Positions 45,871 to 56,461 of a DNA stretch of 64,000 nucleotides are shown piece after piece. Position 1 is the stretch's first letter. Each line of letters opens with the position of its first letter. This DNA comes from a virus. Lineage: Duplodnaviria; Caudoviricetes. Made by a program: the position numbers and the translations under genes. The stretch lies in the IMG/VR virus record IMGVR_UViG_3300032132_000748, one strand, 5' to 3'. The notes below the pieces were generated by a model. That model worked only from the letters and a program-made list of their open reading frames with translations, made no database searches and had not been told where the DNA came from.

Positions 45871-47907
45871 ATGCGTTATGTAACTTCTCTTTTAGTAACC
45901 GGAGGGGCGACCGGACATAGATTTAAAGATCAGCTTACGGCTCGCGTGGCCTCCGAGCTATATGATCTTACCTACGTCCACTCCCCTTTCCCTAAAGATC
46001 TTTATGATGAGCATCTTTGGGAAGAGTTCCTGGGTTTCGGTGACGACCATCCTAAGCTCTATGAGATAGATTTTTCTAAACTTAAACAAGTACGAATAGA
46101 TAAGAATGCTTGGAGGGGGTCTGATTTCTCCTATATTGAGAATATAATTAAATCACATCCTGAAGATAATGTAATTTTTATCTTTACAGAGTCTGCTAGA
46201 ATTCTTGTTGAACAGGTAGAAAAATCGATTCGAGATAGAACTATAGGTGCTCTTAAAGAAAAATACTGGAATAGGCGAGCTATATCTCCCATTAAGAGCT
46301 ATTTCAGTGAGAACACTATAAGTGTAGCGCTCCATGTTCGTCGAGGTAAGGATGTTACTTTAGATAAGCCCACTAAATGGAGATTTACTAAAAATAACTA
46401 TTACATAAAGATAATTAAGAATTTAATTAAAGCAATTCCACATCCTATAAATTTTCATATTTATTCAGAAGGTGTTGCTGAAGAATTTAAAGAGTTTACA
46501 AAAATTCCTGGCGTATTTATTCACCTCTGTCCTTGGCCTCCCGCTAATTACAACGATTTATTTAATGTGTTTCATCACATGATAACTGCGGATATACTAG
46601 TAACCGCTACTAGCGAATTTTCATATTTTCTATCTCATATGAGTTCTGGTTATGTGCTGACGCTACCTATGAAAGGTGTTGTTAAATTACCAATAGATGA
46701 ACGATTTGCTAAAACTACGTCTGATGGTTCTTTTGACGAGGACCAGCTAAGAAACTATTTATTTAAAACCGGAAAAATAACACTTAAAAACATGAATGAA
46801 GACTTTCCTCACGCATACAAAGCTTTTATTAAAGCAGATACTTTAGAAAATCCCTACGTTATCAATACACTCTATAAAAGATTGCTTAATCAAGGCATTA
46901 CTCCTATGCTTACTGATAAAAAATGGCAAGATATCGATAATAATGGAGACCCCTTTCTCTACTACAGAAATCCGTACCTAAGATTTGATAAAGAAAAAGA
47001 AATTCTGCAGTTTCATCACAATAACGACTTTCCTTTTATTCAAACGCAAGATGAAGAAATAATAAGTGTTAATCCCGCCAGTAAGGCTGTTACAGAATTT
47101 AATCTAAATGATAGAACCTATTTACATAATCCGAGTATTGAACCTTTGCCTATACTTCTAGGAACGCATCAGCGCCCGCTATACCTGGAACTCACATTAA
47201 ACAGTCTCATATACAATACAAAACACATACCTGACCAAAAAATATACATAGTTGCAAGTGCTCCTGATGATAAAACTAAAGAGATCATAACTAGGTTTAT
47301 GTCTGATAATGAAAATATAAATACAGTTTTGGTAGAGGAAAACATAGGTTATGGATTAACCAATTTCGGTGCTAAATTCTACAAACTTAAAAAGTTTATT
47401 CACTTCGAAGACGATGGTATTCTTCCAGACTCTACTTGCCATCTGTTGCCTTACTGGACGAAACAGCTCAATTATCGGACCCAAACAGCCGGGTTGGTAG
47501 GATTTAGAATATCTGAGCAAAATAGATGTGCCTATCTTCATACCCAGAGAGAAAAACACCTAGAAGATTACCGTGATTTATCGTTTACTGGAGCGATCTG
47601 GAACTACTTTACCCCACAACCTAATGATCTGCCCCCTATTAGTGGTCTGGGCCTTGTCATAGATAGCAACACAATGTATAGAGATTTTAAGAGAATCGGC
47701 ACCTTTCAAACAGATCTTAATCTCTATAATAATTCGGATTCTGTTTGCATCATAGATATTCCGGTCTACCATCTAGGCGCAAATCAAAAAATGGATTATG
47801 GTCTCAAAGCAACCCCCGCGATTAAGCAACATTACATAGGTATGGATCTAAAAAGTAGAATAACTCAGCAGATAGATTTGCTAAGGGATTGGTCAGAATA
47901 TGCGTAG
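45871..47907 (+). CDS. two-domain glycosyltransferase-like protein (fucosyltransferase-like plus GT-A-like)
   Basis: VALHVRRG and ADILVTATSEFSY; C-half HQRPLYLELTLNSL, HFEDDG. Confidence 0.65.
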   Translation: MRYVTSLLVTGGATGHRFKDQLTARVASELYDLTYVHSPFPKDLYDEHLWEEFLGFGDDHPKLYEIDFSKLKQVRIDKNAWRGSDFSYIENIIKSHPEDNVIFIFTESARILVEQVEKSIRDRTIGALKEKYWNRRAISPIKSYFSENTISVALHVRRGKDVTLDKPTKWRFTKNNYYIKIIKNLIKAIPHPINFHIYSEGVAEEFKEFTKIPGVFIHLCPWPPANYNDLFNVFHHMITADILVTATSEFSYFLSHMSSGYVLTLPMKGVVKLPIDERFAKTTSDGSFDEDQLRNYLFKTGKITLKNMNEDFPHAYKAFIKADTLENPYVINTLYKRLLNQGITPMLTDKKWQDIDNNGDPFLYYRNPYLRFDKEKEILQFHHNNDFPFIQTQDEEIISVNPASKAVTEFNLNDRTYLHNPSIEPLPILLGTHQRPLYLELTLNSLIYNTKHIPDQKIYIVASAPDDKTKEIITRFMSDNENINTVLVEENIGYGLTNFGAKFYKLKKFIHFEDDGILPDSTCHLLPYWTKQLNYRTQTAGLVGFRISEQNRCAYLHTQREKHLEDYRDLSFTGAIWNYFTPQPNDLPPISGLGLVIDSNTMYRDFKRIGTFQTDLNLYNNSDSVCIIDIPVYHLGANQKMDYGLKATPAIKQHYIGMDLKSRITQQIDLLRDWSEYA

Positions 47908-49006
47908 AGCCTTTATAAAAACAGATCTCATGGAAGATCCTGAAATACTAGAAAATCTTAGTAACAGGCTACGAGGACAAGGCATAACCCCCATTCATAC
48001 GGAAAAAGAATGGAAAGATATCTTGTCAAAAGAACCTTTTCTATACTTTAGAAATCCTTATGTTCGTATTGATGGAGAAGGAGACGTTGCGGCGTTCCAC
48101 GCAAAAAGTCCTGATATACCTAAATTAAGGACCGCCAACGGAGAAATAATATCAATAAGTCCACTTGCTAGTGGAACATGTGATTTTCAGCTTAACAAAG
48201 GAACTTACTACCAGAGACCGGACTACGATCCTTTGCCAATACTCATAGGAATTCATTCTCGACCACTATACTCAGAATTAACCCTAAATAGTCTTCTCTA
48301 TAATTTACATGATGATCAAAAGGTCTACATTGTGGCCAGCCAGCCAGATCCGAAGTGTAAAGAAATCATAGAAAAAGCCCTCAAGGCGAGTCCAGTCGAG
48401 ACACATGCAGTTATTACTGAGAAAAATTTGTTCTATGCTTTCTCTAATTTTGGTGCTAAATACTTCAATCTAAAAAAGTTTATACATTTTGAAGAGGACG
48501 CAATACTTCCCGAAAATATTGAATATCACATTCCTTTTTGGACTAGACAATTCAATTATCGGTCAACTACTACAGACCTGCTCTCTTTGAGAGTTAGCGG
48601 CATAAACTATTCATCAGAGTTTTTTAAATCTCCTATGTATGCCAACGGAGAAATCTTAAAAATTCCAGATTCTTCACTATGGCATTACACAAGGCCGGAC
48701 AGCAGTAAGATAACCCCGATTGGGGGTATGGGAATGGTGATAGATTGTCCCACTATGTATAAAAACTTTTTACCACCTAACTTCTGTACTAGTGACCATA
48801 TTCTCTATAATGCTTCTTCTTCGATCTGCATTGCTAACGTTTCTGTATATCACCTTGGAGCGAATCAAGAAATGGATTATCAGGAGTATTTTCAAAGCAA
48901 GCGAACAGGCCACGCTCCAGTAGTTGAGCGGTTTCAAGTTGGCAAAGATATGCGAACTGGCGAAGAAAAGCGTATTGATCTAGCTCAAGACTGGGGGAAG
49001 CACTAA
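47900..49006 (+). CDS. GT-A-like protein, paralog of the C-half of the upstream gene
   Basis: shared AFIKxD, PFLYxRNPY, RPLYxELTLNSL, NFGAK, FIHFExD, VYHLGANQxMDY. Confidence 0.7.
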   Translation: MRRAFIKTDLMEDPEILENLSNRLRGQGITPIHTEKEWKDILSKEPFLYFRNPYVRIDGEGDVAAFHAKSPDIPKLRTANGEIISISPLASGTCDFQLNKGTYYQRPDYDPLPILIGIHSRPLYSELTLNSLLYNLHDDQKVYIVASQPDPKCKEIIEKALKASPVETHAVITEKNLFYAFSNFGAKYFNLKKFIHFEEDAILPENIEYHIPFWTRQFNYRSTTTDLLSLRVSGINYSSEFFKSPMYANGEILKIPDSSLWHYTRPDSSKITPIGGMGMVIDCPTMYKNFLPPNFCTSDHILYNASSSICIANVSVYHLGANQEMDYQEYFQSKRTGHAPVVERFQVGKDMRTGEEKRIDLAQDWGKH

Positions 49007-49839
49007 TGCGAAAAGCTATAGTAAATATGTGCCCTACAGGGATGGTGCCTACCAAAGAAATGAACCCTTTTGTGCCTATATCTCCTGATGAAATAGGGCA
49101 GGCAGTGGGTGGTTATGAGGGATTGAAACCTAGTATTATTCATATTCATCCACGAGATGAGGACGGAAAACCCACATGGGACCCTGATATCTACAAACAA
49201 ATAGTAGATTCAATTAGAAAACACTATCCTGAGGTTTTACTCTCAGCCACGACTAGTGGTAGGCTTTGGTCGGATTTCGATAAGAGATCAGCACTGCTCG
49301 AACTAAAGGGGGACTACAAACCGGATTTAGCTTCCCTTACTCTAGGTTCTAACAATTTTGCGAGAACAGCCAGTCAAAACCCTCCGAAAATGATTAAAGA
49401 TTTAGCTCTTAAGATGGTAGACAACGGCATAAAACCGGAGTTAGAGGTTTTTGAACCGGGAATGATACATACAGCTAATCATCTAATTAGTAAAGGTATT
49501 CTCTCGAAGGAAGCACCTTATTTTAATATTCTGCTAGATTCCCCAGGAACATCTCCCTTACACCCATCAACGCTTGCATCGTTTCACGCGTTGCTTCCAG
49601 AAAATGCTGTATGGGGTTTGGCTGGTATTGGAATACAACAAACAGCCGCTAATTTGATTGCCTTAGGTTTTGGCGGGCATATTAGGGTGGGTCTAGAGGA
49701 TAGTGTATATGTGATGAGTCGGGGGAAAAAGAAAGTTATTAGTAATTATCTTTTGCTTAAAAGATTAAATCCAGTTTTTGATTTATTAGATATAGAGGCC
49801 GCCACACCTACAGAAACTAGGGAACTATTAAATTTATGA
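49006..49839 (+). CDS. beta-keto acid cleavage enzyme family (DUF849/Kce)
   Basis: PTG, IHIHPRD.DGKP, TTSG, IKPELEVF, GGHIRVGLED. Confidence 0.9.
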   Translation: MRKAIVNMCPTGMVPTKEMNPFVPISPDEIGQAVGGYEGLKPSIIHIHPRDEDGKPTWDPDIYKQIVDSIRKHYPEVLLSATTSGRLWSDFDKRSALLELKGDYKPDLASLTLGSNNFARTASQNPPKMIKDLALKMVDNGIKPELEVFEPGMIHTANHLISKGILSKEAPYFNILLDSPGTSPLHPSTLASFHALLPENAVWGLAGIGIQQTAANLIALGFGGHIRVGLEDSVYVMSRGKKKVISNYLLLKRLNPVFDLLDIEAATPTETRELLNL

Positions 49840-50420
49840 TACTAGTAATGCTATCGGGAGGCTTGGACAGCACGGCGATGCTGGTAAAGCTCCTACAGGA
49901 AACAAATGAACCTATTCATGTTCACCATGTAATTTTAAGAAACGTAGAAAAAAGATGGATGGCCGAGAATGTGGCAACAGGAAATATAGTAAATTACTGT
50001 CGTAAGAATTATCGGGATTTTAAATATACAGCAAATGTGTTTGGATTTACACAATTTGATTCTTTCTTCGGTTGGGATAATGACATTGTTCGTTTTATTG
50101 CAGCGCAAATATGTAAAGGAAATCCTTTAATAACTGAACTAGCTCTCGGTAAATGTAAAGATGACGTTTCACAAACCTTCCGAGTAAGGGCATTACAATC
50201 TGCGACCATCTGGAGAGCATGTTTCTTGGATGGAATAGGAAAGCCTCCAGAAATAATACGGCCCGTGGAGAATATGACTAAAAAACAGTTGGTAGAATAT
50301 CTATCTCCTGAATTATTCAAGATGACGTGGTCCTGCAGAACCCCAAAAAAAGAAAGAGGTCAACTAGTGAGGTGCGAAATCTGTGATACGTGTAAAATAT
50401 TTATTGAGCAGGGATTATAA
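49836..50420 (+). CDS. QueC-like PP-loop protein
   Basis: SGGLDS; TWSC...CEICDTC. Confidence 0.8.
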   Translation: MILVMLSGGLDSTAMLVKLLQETNEPIHVHHVILRNVEKRWMAENVATGNIVNYCRKNYRDFKYTANVFGFTQFDSFFGWDNDIVRFIAAQICKGNPLITELALGKCKDDVSQTFRVRALQSATIWRACFLDGIGKPPEIIRPVENMTKKQLVEYLSPELFKMTWSCRTPKKERGQLVRCEICDTCKIFIEQGL

Positions 50421-50920
50421 TGGCACTAATACTAATGAAAGCACTGACTTTTTGTCATGATAAAAGATTTACTACTCCAGATAAAGCTTTTATTTATGAA
50501 GAAATTCTTAGGTTAATGAAGCCTTTTAATATGCATCGAGTTCCGAGTCTTGAGATGCCTGAACTTGAATTAGATAAGTTCTTTCTAGCAATTATCGACG
50601 GTAATATTGTTGGTGCTGCGGGCTATAAGATGATTTCAGATACTGAAGGTAAAACTACTCTTATGGCAGTTGATCCTAAGTATTCTGGACAAGGAATAGG
50701 GTTAGAGCTTCAGAGAATGCGAATGAACGAGATGAAAACTCTCGGAGCCACTAGCATTGTTACTAATGCTGATCGACCTAAGAGCATTGCCTGGTATAAG
50801 AAGCATTTTGGTTATCAAGAGGTTGGCACTATTCCGAAAATCCATAGTTTCGGTTGGGAGGGGGTTGATCATTGGACAACGCTAAAAACTACTGATTTTA
50901 GCCTAGAGGCCGCACCTTGA
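50420..50920 (+). CDS. GNAT acetyltransferase
   Basis: MAVDPKYSGQGIG, WYKKHFGY. Confidence 0.85.
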   Translation: MALILMKALTFCHDKRFTTPDKAFIYEEILRLMKPFNMHRVPSLEMPELELDKFFLAIIDGNIVGAAGYKMISDTEGKTTLMAVDPKYSGQGIGLELQRMRMNEMKTLGATSIVTNADRPKSIAWYKKHFGYQEVGTIPKIHSFGWEGVDHWTTLKTTDFSLEAAP

Positions 50921-50969
50921 ATCCTGCTTAACATTGACAAATGGCTTTAGTGCGGTATCCTTAAGACAA

Positions 50970-51989
50970 ATGATTAAGTATGTGCAAAATAAACTGATAG
51001 ACTACGCCTCAGTGCAAGTCTTGTTAGATAAATCAGCCAAGGTCTGCCGATTTTCAAATGGCGGCCCAGTTAAATTTGAACTGGAATCCTATCTTGAAGG
51101 TCTGTTGGAACTACCTGAAACCAAAAAACTGATTTGTGCCAATAATGGTACGTCGGCTTTGCATGTTTTGATGTTCCTATATGAGCATCTTTCCGAGAAA
51201 AAGAAATTCAACTGGGCCACTGTCGCTTATAACTTTCCTTGCCCTGTTGTAAATAACTTTAATGCACACATTTTTGATATAACTCTTGAGCCAAACAGTT
51301 ATGCAATTGATCTATCCAAAAAACTTGCTAAATATGACGGGTTTGTTTTACCTACGCTATTTGGAACGCTCCCTCGTAACTTAATGGACTGTGTTTCGTT
51401 TTGTAAAGAAAATGATATTATTTTATTACTAGATAATGCTAGTTCCTTTTTATCAAAAAAAGATAGTGTGAATATATGTGCATTAGGTGATGGTAGTATT
51501 GGAAGTCTTCACCATACAAAATATTTAGGTTTTGGGGAGGGCGGCTTTCTTGTTATTGACAAAGATCTTTATCTTAAGGCTGATTCCCTAACTAATTTTG
51601 GTTTCTTTCAAGATCGTATCTATAAGCCATATTCATCTAATTTCAAAATGTCTGATATTAGTGCGGCTTTCATTCTTTCACACATACGAAACTATAACTT
51701 AGAAATGCACAAAGAGATACAACAAAAGTTTAGAGACTCTTTAGATCTGTTCAATGATTCTGCAGAGGTGGTATACGGTAACTTACCTATTCAGTTCAAA
51801 AATCCTACGAGTCAGCTTCTTTTTAGAGATTACGGTATCGAAGCCAATAAATATTATGTTCCTCTAAAAAGTCTTCCAAATAGTGACTATTTATATGAAA
51901 GAATGGTTAATTTCCCTTTACACGCTGAATTATCAGATTATGAAATTAATAAGATAGTTGAGCAAATAAATATTCAGGCAAAAAAATGA
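50970..51989 (+). CDS. DegT/DnrJ-family aminotransferase
   Basis: SNGGP, NNGTSAL, DNAS, SLHHTKYLGFGEGG, NFKMSDISAA. Confidence 0.85.
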   Translation: MIKYVQNKLIDYASVQVLLDKSAKVCRFSNGGPVKFELESYLEGLLELPETKKLICANNGTSALHVLMFLYEHLSEKKKFNWATVAYNFPCPVVNNFNAHIFDITLEPNSYAIDLSKKLAKYDGFVLPTLFGTLPRNLMDCVSFCKENDIILLLDNASSFLSKKDSVNICALGDGSIGSLHHTKYLGFGEGGFLVIDKDLYLKADSLTNFGFFQDRIYKPYSSNFKMSDISAAFILSHIRNYNLEMHKEIQQKFRDSLDLFNDSAEVVYGNLPIQFKNPTSQLLFRDYGIEANKYYVPLKSLPNSDYLYERMVNFPLHAELSDYEINKIVEQINIQAKK

Positions 51990-52693
51990 AACTCGCGATA
52001 ATGCAGCCTTATTTTTTCCCGTATATTGGGTATTTTCAGATGCTCAGTGCGGTAGAAACTTTTGTTTTTTTGGATAATGTGAATTTCATCAAAAAGGGAT
52101 GGATCCATCGAAATAATATATTTCTTGAAGGAAAAGACCATCCATTTCGATTGCCGCTTAAAAAGGCTAGTCAAAATAAACTAATTTGTAATATAGATCT
52201 TCATGAGTCCTACGATGAATGGAAAGAGAAGTTCAAAAAAACCCTACATCACGCATATAGAAAAACAGAAAACTTTGATTTAGTATATCCAAAAGTTTGT
52301 AATTTTTTAGATTACTACAGCGGAAAAAAGGGATACTCTACTCAATTACATAAATTTTGTGCTGATTCTATTAATCTTTCTGCCAGATTGCTTGGTATTA
52401 GTACTAAGACTTTGTCTTCGTGCGACATAGACACAGGGAGTCTCTCCGGGGAAGCGCGTATTCTTAGAATTTGTCAAAAACGTAAAGCTACGCACTATAT
52501 AAACGCTATAGGGGGGAAGAAACTATATAACCAAGAGGTTTTTGACAGTGCGGGAGTGGATTTGAGGTTTTTGAGATGTGATCTCGAACCTTCTGAAAAT
52601 TTTAACCCATATAGATCAATTCTAGACTTATTATTCCGATACTCTTTGGATGAAGTTAAAGAAATGCTCTACGCCTATAAATTAGAGAGATAG
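51986..52693 (+). CDS. WbqC-like protein
   Basis: MQPYFFPYIGYFQ...GWIHRN...YINAIGG...SILDLL. Confidence 0.92.
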   Translation: MKLAIMQPYFFPYIGYFQMLSAVETFVFLDNVNFIKKGWIHRNNIFLEGKDHPFRLPLKKASQNKLICNIDLHESYDEWKEKFKKTLHHAYRKTENFDLVYPKVCNFLDYYSGKKGYSTQLHKFCADSINLSARLLGISTKTLSSCDIDTGSLSGEARILRICQKRKATHYINAIGGKKLYNQEVFDSAGVDLRFLRCDLEPSENFNPYRSILDLLFRYSLDEVKEMLYAYKLER

Positions 52694-53356
52694 ATGAAAG
52701 TAATAATATTTGGAGTAAAGGACATAGCTCAACTAGCGCACTATTACCTAGAAAACGACACCCCCGATACAGTTGTTTCAGCCTTTTGCGTCAATGAAGA
52801 GTATATGCCAGAAAACAGAGAATTCTGCGGAAGACCTGTCTACCCCTTTGAGACCATAGAGACAGTACTACCGCCAGGAGAATATAAGTTTTTCGCTCCT
52901 ATGACTGGCTCTCAGATGAGCACTTTACGTGAAAAAGTTTACATTGAGGCTAAGGCTAAAGGTTATGAATTTATTTCATACATAAGCACTAAAGCTACTA
53001 ATTTTGCCTCTAAAATAGGTGAGAACTGTTTTATTTTAGAAGATAACACCATTCAACCTTTTGTGGAAATAGGTAATAATGTCGTGCTTTGGAGCGGTAA
53101 CCATATCGGGCATCACTCCGTAATTAAGGACCACGCATTTTTTACGTCTCAAGTCGTCCTCTCGGGCCACTGCACGGTCAACTCATACGCCTGGTTTGGG
53201 GTCAACTCGACCGTCAGAGACGGCTGTGAGGTCGCTGAAGGCACTTGCCTCTCTATGGGGGCCTGCCTCACTAAATCGAAGACAGACCCGTGGTCCCTTT
53301 ATATGGGAATGCCAGCCAAGAAGAAAGACGGGGTTGATCCCCGGAAAATAATTTAA
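52694..53356 (+). CDS. NeuD/PglD-family sugar acetyltransferase
   Basis: hexapeptide repeats IGENCFILEDNTIQPFVEIGNNVVLWSGNHIGHHS. Confidence 0.9.
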   Translation: MKVIIFGVKDIAQLAHYYLENDTPDTVVSAFCVNEEYMPENREFCGRPVYPFETIETVLPPGEYKFFAPMTGSQMSTLREKVYIEAKAKGYEFISYISTKATNFASKIGENCFILEDNTIQPFVEIGNNVVLWSGNHIGHHSVIKDHAFFTSQVVLSGHCTVNSYAWFGVNSTVRDGCEVAEGTCLSMGACLTKSKTDPWSLYMGMPAKKKDGVDPRKII

Positions 53357-54264
53357 TGCAGAACTGGACCTTTCAAGATAAAATTTTTAACGAACAAGCT
53401 CAGTGCCCTACGGTTTTGCAGCTTGCTGATCGTTGGAGAATATTCTTCTCTCAGAGAGATATTGAAAATAGAAGCCTCCCTTACTACATTGATGTAGAAC
53501 CTGGAAACCCTTCAAAAATAATTACAGAAAAAACAGGGCCGCTACTGTCTTTAGGGAAACCCGGAACGTTTGATCATTTCGGTATTATTCCTTCCTCAAT
53601 AGTAACGGAGTCGGATGGTAGTGTATATTTATACTATGTTGGATGGAGCGTTAGAAAAGACGTTCCATACCATAATACAGCAGGGCTTGCGGTCAGCTTA
53701 GATAACGGAGAAACCTTCTCTAAAGTGTCCGAAGGGCCTATTTTAAGTGTTACTGCATTAGAACCATATTTCAATGGAACAACGTGTGTAAAACTCGTCG
53801 ATCATCAATGGACTTGTTGGTATATGTCGTGCACGGAATGGGTTGAAATTGAGGGTAAACAAGAGCCTCGATATCATCTGAAATTAGCAACATCGGAAGA
53901 TGGGATTAATTGGGACCAATCGGGATTGACTGCCGTAGATTACACGTCTGATCTTGAAGGAGGGCTCTCCAAAGCATCGGTTATAGTGAATGATGATAGC
54001 TATAAGATGTGGTATTCATATCGAGCCCTTCACAACTATAGATCTAACTGGGACAAGTCCTATAAAATAGGATATGCAGAATCTCTTGATGGGGTTAGCT
54101 GGGAAAGAATGGACGATAGTATTTCTGTTAAATCTGGCCAGGGATGGGATTTGCAAATGCAATGCTACCCTTGTGTTGTTGCCTACGAAAACAAGTTATT
54201 CATGTTCTACAATGGAAATAACTTCGGAAAAACGGGCTTTGGCTTTTCAACTTATTTACTTTAG
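53356..54264 (+). CDS. five-bladed beta-propeller glycosidase-like protein
   Basis: LGKPGTFD, LYYVGW, Asp-boxes SLDNG/SEDG/SLDG, MFYNGN.FGKTGFG. Confidence 0.75.
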   Translation: MQNWTFQDKIFNEQAQCPTVLQLADRWRIFFSQRDIENRSLPYYIDVEPGNPSKIITEKTGPLLSLGKPGTFDHFGIIPSSIVTESDGSVYLYYVGWSVRKDVPYHNTAGLAVSLDNGETFSKVSEGPILSVTALEPYFNGTTCVKLVDHQWTCWYMSCTEWVEIEGKQEPRYHLKLATSEDGINWDQSGLTAVDYTSDLEGGLSKASVIVNDDSYKMWYSYRALHNYRSNWDKSYKIGYAESLDGVSWERMDDSISVKSGQGWDLQMQCYPCVVAYENKLFMFYNGNNFGKTGFGFSTYLL

Positions 54265-54321
54265 CTTAGTCTACATATAGCTTATATGTTATAATAGACT
54301 GTGCGCTGCAGGGCGCTTAAA

Positions 54322-54546
54322 ATGACTGAACCTGATTTTGACAACCAACCCGATAAAATTTTCCTTGACGAAAATGGTGAAATTACCAGAAATTGGAAAA
54401 CTTATTGGAGACATCGCTTGCAGAACCCTATCACCAGACGGGAGGTTCGCCAGGAAAAGGCTGCAACCAGAAAACGAATCCATAGAACTAATAGGAAAAA
54501 GACTAAGAGATGGCTTAACGATATGAAATCTGATTTATCGTCTTAA
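54322..54546 (+). CDS. small basic hypothetical protein
   Basis: ATG 54322 downstream of TGT-TATAAT. Confidence 0.45.
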   Translation: MTEPDFDNQPDKIFLDENGEITRNWKTYWRHRLQNPITRREVRQEKAATRKRIHRTNRKKTKRWLNDMKSDLSS

Positions 54547-54565
54547 TGTTGTTATACTACATACT

Positions 54566-54934
54566 ATGCATACTATTTTAGTAGTAGACGACGATGATAG
54601 CATCCGTGATCTATTGGAAATAATCTTAGGGAGACTCTATCACGTCATTACAGCCGATGGTGTTGGAGCGGCTACTGCCGCGTTAGATACTTATGAAAAT
54701 ATTGATCTAATCTTAACAGATTATCATATGGATGACGGTGTAGGTACGGATTTGTGTGGTCAGGAAGTTCCTGTATTTTTAATGTCTGCAGGCTTTGATC
54801 CTGATTTAGCTAAAGATTTGCTACAATCCGGGGATATAGCGGGCTTTATACCTAAACCTTTTGACAAATTTCACCTCTTTATAGGAATAGAAGATATCCT
54901 CTCCCCACGAAACAATCCTTATGATTTTTTCTAG
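54566..54934 (+). CDS. stand-alone response regulator receiver
   Basis: ILVVDDD, LILTD, MSA, KPF. Confidence 0.88.
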   Translation: MHTILVVDDDDSIRDLLEIILGRLYHVITADGVGAATAALDTYENIDLILTDYHMDDGVGTDLCGQEVPVFLMSAGFDPDLAKDLLQSGDIAGFIPKPFDKFHLFIGIEDILSPRNNPYDFF

Positions 54935-55012
54935 CAATATCAGCCCTCAATATTGCAAGTAATGATTCCAAGGCTATACTAGGGGCAGTTATCCATTAAA
55001 GGAGTCTTTAGT

Positions 55013-55399
55013 ATGAGTGATACAGTTAAAAGTGCAAAGAAAGCCAAAGTCGATCCAAATGAGCCAAAGGACGCCAGATTCCGGCGGCTGGCTTCAGCCC
55101 GTGGAGATAAATTGATCCACCAAATGAAGCTTCTCAAGAATTTAGGTACTTCATATGCCTATCGATTGGACCCGGATGTAGCCGAAGAGCTTTTGAGCAA
55201 ATTTGATAAACATGTAAACGATCTTCGCGACACTTGGGTTGCAAAGATCAACGAAATGAGAAAAACCACAGAACCTGTTGGCGATGACGACGTTATTGTC
55301 GATAATGTAGTCTCTCTTGACGATGTGGTCGTTGACGACGTTGAGGTTGACGTAGAAGTGGAAGTGGAAGAAGAGCCAGTAGTCGCAATTAACGACTAA
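55013..55399 (+). CDS. hypothetical protein with acidic tail
   Basis: RFRRLASAR...LKNLG...Y; AAGGAG RBS. Confidence 0.65.
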   Translation: MSDTVKSAKKAKVDPNEPKDARFRRLASARGDKLIHQMKLLKNLGTSYAYRLDPDVAEELLSKFDKHVNDLRDTWVAKINEMRKTTEPVGDDDVIVDNVVSLDDVVVDDVEVDVEVEVEEEPVVAIND

Positions 55400-55425
55400 T
55401 TAGCACTTTAGCTTACTTTATTAAA

Positions 55426-55457
55426 TAAGGACTGGGAGATCTTCTCTCAGTCCTTAT
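55426..55457. terminator. bidirectional hairpin
   Basis: ATAAGGACTGGGAGA...TCTCTCAGTCCTTAT between convergent genes. Confidence 0.65.
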
Positions 55458-56380
55458 TTTTTTCTGAAAAACCTCTGAGCATCTTGTGCTCTTTTATTTT
55501 CTAGAAACTCCTCGAAGGACCCTTCTCCGAAAATGAATTTATAGGGGCCAGATGCAATCCATCTGCATACGACAAAACTAGAAATAACTCTAGTTAAGTT
55601 GGGCTCTGGAATAGTAAGAGTGTTAGATACTCTAACTCCAGTTACTTGAACAACTATTCCAAAAATCTTACCAGATAGAGTAAAAACCCCACCCCCACTA
55701 TTTCCAAATATGGCAAAACCTGTAACTAGGTGTCTGTCTGTAGTAATAGACGATATATTACCATTTGTAATGGCTGGAGTGTTTCCTAGGCTGCATCCAG
55801 ATATAAAAATAGGATCGTAAATAGATACTTTTTCAAAATCTTCTAATGTTATAAAATGTGCAACTTCTCCTATAGGATGTGGTGATCTTATTTCTATTAG
55901 TGCTAAATCTCTAGAGCTACTGCGGGCAAGAATTTTTCCACTATACGATATTGTTTCTCCGATAGTTTGATTATTTAAATAATTAAACTTTTCTATAGTA
56001 ACGGTACTTGCAGTTCCAACAACATGTCTATTTGTTATTACGTAGGTATAATATTCTTGTGGTGACGCGGTACCAGACCATATTATTACTCCAGTTCCTC
56101 TATTCGTGCCAGTGCTGATTCTAACGGTCGAATTAAGTATAGAAAACGCAGTTTCTCTCGGTAATCTATTTCTAACAATTGAACTTGAGACTATTTCTGC
56201 TACAAGAGCGCTATCCACATGAGATATGTTGGTCTCGTGAGGGCAACTCGCGGGAATAGATATTATGGTGGGCTCTAGGCTAGTCGCTAATCTTTCTGTT
56301 AGTCCAAAAACACCGACTACAAAGAGTGCAGTTGCTGCAATAGTTAATGATATTTTGAGGTAGAATTTTTTACTTCGCAT
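55454..56380 (-). CDS. trypsin-like (S1C) serine protease with N-terminal anchor
   Basis: TNRHVV, DLALI, GNSGGG catalytic triad. Confidence 0.88.
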   Translation of the reverse strand: MRSKKFYLKISLTIAATALFVVGVFGLTERLATSLEPTIISIPASCPHETNISHVDSALVAEIVSSSIVRNRLPRETAFSILNSTVRISTGTNRGTGVIIWSGTASPQEYYTYVITNRHVVGTASTVTIEKFNYLNNQTIGETISYSGKILARSSSRDLALIEIRSPHPIGEVAHFITLEDFEKVSIYDPIFISGCSLGNTPAITNGNISSITTDRHLVTGFAIFGNSGGGVFTLSGKIFGIVVQVTGVRVSNTLTIPEPNLTRVISSFVVCRWIASGPYKFIFGEGSFEEFLENKRAQDAQRFFRKK

Positions 56381-56461
56381 TTCCTATTTATTTATTGTCC
56401 AGTATTTTACGTACCCTGTCAAGAAAGTTACCATACAGCAATACTTTTAACGAGGATCTCA

